Both the position numbers and the translations under genes were made by a program. DNA of 64,000 nt from the human T2T-CHM13v2.0 reference genome, Homo sapiens. Location: NCBI RefSeq assembly GCF_009914755.1, contig NC_060929.1, one strand, 5' to 3'. Under the pieces are notes generated by a model that did not search any database, was not told the origin of the DNA, and saw nothing but the letters and a program-made list of their open reading frames with translations. Numbering within the stretch: the first letter of the stretch is position 1; the number at the start of each line of letters is the position of its first letter. Of this stretch, positions 59,655 through 64,000 are shown piece by piece.

Positions 59655-60009
59655 TATTATGGACTATATGCTTATGTCCCCTCAAAACCTATATGTTGAA
59701 GCCTAATCCCTAATATGATGATTTTTGGAGGTGGGGTCTTTGGGAGGTGACTAGGTCATGAGGGTGGAGCCCTCATGAATGGGACTAGTGTACTTATAAA
59801 AGAGACCCCAGGGAGCTCTCTTGCTGTCTTTCTGCCATGTGAGGATACAATCTGAAGTCAGCAGTATGCCATCCAGAAGACGGCCCTCTCCAGACACCTT
59901 AAACTTGAGCTTTCCAGCTGCCAGAACTATGAGAAATAAATTTCTGTTGTTATAAAACACTCAGTCTAAGTTATGCTATTCATTATACCAGCCCACGCAG
60001 ATTAAGACA
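59655..60009 (+). mobile_element. MLT1A/A0 MaLR solo LTR
   Basis: GGTCATGAGGGTGGAGCCCTCATGAATGGG...CAGAACTATGAGAAATAAATTTCTGTTG...TAAGACA. Confidence 0.9.
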
Positions 60010-61764
60010 TACGTGAACACACAAACACACACGTTTACATAAGTACATGCACACATGCATACACACCCACACAAATCACTGTAGGAGTTTTGCCTCAGTG
60101 CGTAGATTTTCTCCCATTCTTCTCCTAAGGTCCCTAGGAAAGTCTGGGATATGAAGAAGGAAACAGGATAGTGTTATTTACTCTCTGCCTTAGGAAATCT
60201 AAGAAAAGTTTGCCGGCATTTCCACTCCCATTTGGGGTGAGTTACCTGAAATCTCCAGACTAGTGGCTGTCAGGAAGGCAGTTCCTCCCTAGCACTGTGT
60301 GGTCAGGACTAATGTACCTCCTGGTAGCTGTGTAGCTTTGCTAGGCTAGCATGAAGATAAGCTAAGACCCAAGTTCATTCATCTGCAGCACCAGAATGAA
60401 GCCGCTGGGGACCGGGTCCCTGATGTAGTCTCAGTCAGCACCCTAAAAGCCCAAACTCATTTACATGTCACCCGCAGAATGTACGCTTTTACATGCCACT
60501 GATCTCCTTGCCCAAATATGTGGGAAACAGCTTAGACTGCAGTTTTAGTGACTTGAGCTTAATATAAATAGCTATTTTCTTCATAGCAAAGGCTGTTAAG
60601 CATTAAAATTGCTTCCCAAGGGAGACTGTCAAGTTTTACATAAAAGTATTTGAAAATAGGGCATATTTCTATTTATCTGGGATAGTTTCTGAGTGGATAA
60701 ATGGCCCAGATAGCCACTTAGTGTCTTTCTAAGCACTAACATTATCTGAAGCTTCCTAGAAAATCTCTCTCTAGCATGTGGGCAAAGTATTTCAATCACC
60801 AAACCTATAGAAATAAAAACCTTGATTTAAGGTGATGTTCTCATGGCCTTTGATTAGACACTTTGATCATTCTAGATAGATCTTTGATCTATCATGGCGC
60901 AGTGCTAAAGCCACTGATAGATTTCAAAGTTATTTTAAGAGAGAGGCACAGACAATGAGTTTACAACTAGGAGTCAGCTGAAACCTAACTTCTAATGACA
61001 GTTGCAGTATAGATGTTTCTGGCAAGTCTCTCCCTCTTTACTTATTCTTATTGTCTTTGTTTCTCAGCAGGGAAACCTGATATCTTAAAGGCATTATTTG
61101 AAAAATTCATTAAATCCTATTTTTGTAGAGCTTCAAAGATTGATATACGTTGTATGCTTTCAAAAGATGAGTATAATTGTATATTTTTGAGACTTGTCTG
61201 GAAGAAGAGTCATCCTTGAGAACAGAAAAGCACTTAGAGCTTTTCTAACACTCAGCAGTCTGGGATGTAGCCTTTCTACGTCCTTCTCAGGAGAGGTGCC
61301 CTCATGACTGCAGCCACATTACCAGACTTTTTTCCTCTTCTGAGAGGAGCCTGAGCTATCACATGCATACCCTACCATATCTTGGGGCTGGAAGTTGCCA
61401 TTCCTGAGAAACAGGTATGGATTGGTTCAAAAGCAATGTGGCTCTTTTTACTATGTTCTTGGGCAAACATGGAGTCTACGAGATGGATCCAGTCAAATGT
61501 ACAGTGGTTTAAAGGGTAATTCCCTTAGAAAGCCTGAATCTGCAAGAAAGAAACAAATTATCCCAGAGAAGTTTCTGCAAAGAACACACCTCTCAAGCTC
61601 CTGCCTCATTTGAACTGTGTCAGAAACTTCAGTCTAGCCCCTGGGAAGGTTGGTCATTGCCTGCTGCAACCGCAAGAGGCATAGAGGTAGAAGTCAGCCT
61701 TTGAGCCTGCTTTTCTTGACTTTGGAGAGGAAAGATGACCAACTCTTCTGTGCTCTACCCAGCC

Positions 61765-61986
61765 ATTCAACCAGCATTTCTAAACACTATTATGTGCTAG
61801 GCGCTCCTTGAAGCGTGTGCCTAATGAAATAGATACAAATGTCTACCCTTATGGAGCTTACATTCAAGTAAGGGAGAGAGACAATGATCAAGATAAGGAA
61901 AATATTATGTTAGATAGTGATAAGAGCTAAGGAGAAAACAATAAACAAGGAAGGAGGTTATGAAATACAGAGTTGGAGAATGAAGC

Positions 61987-62031
<45 letters not shown>

Positions 62032-62310
62032 TTTTAGATAGGATCTCTAAGCGAGAGACCTATTGGAAGTGAGGGGTTAGCCAAGTGGATATTTGGATAA
62101 AAATATGTGTTCTATAAACAAAGTTTTAAAAATAGTGAGGAGGCCAGTGTGACTGGAGAAGATTGAATATGGGGAAAGTGGAAGGAGATGAGAGCAAAGG
62201 GCCAACTTGGAGCTGGCTTCTGTAAGGCCCTGTAGTAGCTAGACCAGGCTGTGTTCTGAGAGAGCTGTGAAGCATCTGGAAGATTCTGAGCACAAGATGA
62301 CCTGCAATTA
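61765..62310 (-). mobile_element. L2 relic
   Basis: CCCTTATGGAGCTTACATTCAAG...GAGGAGGCCAGTGTGACTGGAG. Confidence 0.75.
61991..62028. repeat. (TG)19 microsatellite
   Basis: Pure dinucleotide run. Confidence 0.98.
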
Positions 62311-63048
62311 TCTATGGAAGTGTCTTCCCCAGAGGGACATGTCTGCCCTCGAACAGCACCAGGGTATACATTTGTAATTATTTTCATGTTTTAACAGGTG
62401 TTTATTAATTTTGAAATTAGAATCACTGGTGACTGAGATTCAGCGGAACCATCAGCTGGTGGTCCGTTAAATAATGGCACAGATTTCCACAGCTTTCTGA
62501 GCTGCAGCTAGGGTTAATCTTGTCTTGAAGTAAGTCTTGGATAGTTGCTTTCTCTTACACATTCCACTCCGCGTTTCTCTTTGCTCTCTTTTTAGTTCTT
62601 CCATTTCTTCCTTATTCCATAAGACCTTTTCCCAAACTTCCATCCCAAACCATACTTCCTTGTTAGAATGTGTTTTGTCAGATTTAAACTACCCCTTCTC
62701 CCTCCTTAAAAAGAGGCCAGTGATTTTGTTTGTTGTTTGAGTCACAAGAATTAAAAGCCCATCCTCGCTTCTTAAAATCCCTTAATCTTTCTTCTCCTCT
62801 TCTGTAAAATGGGTGTAACATCTGCCTCAGTGAGTTGTTAGGAGAAACAAATGAGATTTAGCCATTAAAAGAGTAATGAAATTTCCTGAAACTTTAAAAA
62901 AATTACTTTCTTTTTTGAATTTTATTTTTCCTTTTATTAAGTATTTTAACTATAACCCATTTTTTTGTTTCTTTGTTTGTTTCTAGCTTTATGGTCTGCC
63001 AATACAAGAACATCATCAATCTAATATAAACAGTTTGGTCAAATGTCT

Positions 63049-63088
63049 TTGGGACCTATCTATTGGGACCTATTACTTGGGACCTATT
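63049..63088. repeat. 14-bp-period tandem repeat, 3 x TTGGGACCTAT
   Basis: Copies at 63049, 63063, 63077. Confidence 0.9.
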
Positions 63089-63740
63089 CATTACTATTAT
63101 AATTAATAGTATTCTTTTGGAAAATATGTCACTGTATTACATTCATGTGTTAATTATGAATGCAATTCACAAATCTGTGATAAAAGTTACACTGCACCAG
63201 ACACTCCAGACACAGGGCTAAAGAGGACTGATATTGCCACACATAAAGAAGTATTTATTACAACAGGAATAGAGTCATGTAACAAGCAAGTGCAAGCAAT
63301 TGTGCTTCTTGGTAGCACAAATACAGAACCATGCAGTATTACAGAGGTGCCTAAGGTGGGGGCCTTAAGAGAATCTGAACATTCTGACGTTGAGAAACAA
63401 TGCTTAGAGGTATTTGTTGTTGTTGGTGTTGCTATAAAAATCCTCCCCTTTCATGAACATTTTTTCTTTACTTATTTTATGTGTTTGTTTGATTCCCTAA
63501 TTTAGGCTTTAAAATGTGCTGACTTTGTAGTCATAATTATGGTACGCTTTTCAAAATTGTTAATGCGGGTGACCAAAACCAATCCCTACCCTTTACAGGC
63601 CTGCCACAATCCTATTGATAGCGGCAACTGCCAGCTGAAGGTTTTGGATCTTGTGATTGCAATGGAAACTGGCACGATCAATCCACTTATTTGCTAAATT
63701 ACCCGTGCTTCCTCTACTGTAATTCCCCCCTGCCCCCTGC

Positions 63741-64000
63741 GAGACAGAGTCTCGCTCTGTCGCCAGGCTGGAGTGCAGTGGCCCGGCATGATCTCGGCTC
63801 GCTGCAAGCTCCGCTTCCTGGGTTCAGGCGATTCCCCTACCTCAGCCTCTGGAGTAGCTGGGATTACAGGCGCGCGCCACCACCCCCAGCTAATTATCAT
63901 TATTATTATTTTTGTATTTTAGTAGAGAAGGGATTTCACCATGTTGACCAGGATGGTCTCGATCTCCTGATCTCGTAATCTGCCCTCCTCGGCCTCTCAA
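63741..64000 (-). mobile_element. AluSc-like, runs off the window end
   Basis: CTCTGTCGCCAGGCTGG (Sc-type 1-nt deletion), CCAGGATGGTCTCGATCTC. Confidence 0.9.

Noticed and set aside
63049-63088. CRISPR-like repeat array
   Set aside because: 11-bp unit with 3-nt spacers in primate DNA; a simple tandem repeat

Overview
Repeat-rich, AT-rich, CpG-poor primate genomic DNA (intergenic or deep intronic). It is most likely human or another great ape, because it carries an L1PA2/PA3-type L1 with the short 5'UTR. I found no host protein-coding exon, RNA gene or CpG-island promoter. The recognisable ORF-track entries come from L1, Alu, MaLR or ERVL repeats, and the rest look like chance ORFs. Main structures: (1) a near full-length minus-strand L1PA2/3 (42122-47677, 15-bp TSD) nested in an older L1MA 3' fragment that still has its own 14-bp TSD. 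This L1 has an ~0.5 kb deletion fusing mid-ORF1 to the start of ORF2, and an open, extended antisense ORF0. (2) A decayed two-LTR ERVL (LTR16-type) provirus at ~31.7-36.0 kb. (3) About 17 Alu copies, THE1/MST/MLT1/MER4/LTR16/LTR33 solo LTRs, MER53 and MADE1 MITEs, and many MIR/L2 relics. Outside repeats there are a local ~110-bp duplication, a few perfect hairpins and candidate enhancer motif clusters (TCF/LEF; NF-kB/AP-1/TEAD). I see no convincing undescribed biological system; the findings are locus-level oddities. Subfamily calls come from remembered consensus sequences and need RepeatMasker/Dfam confirmation.
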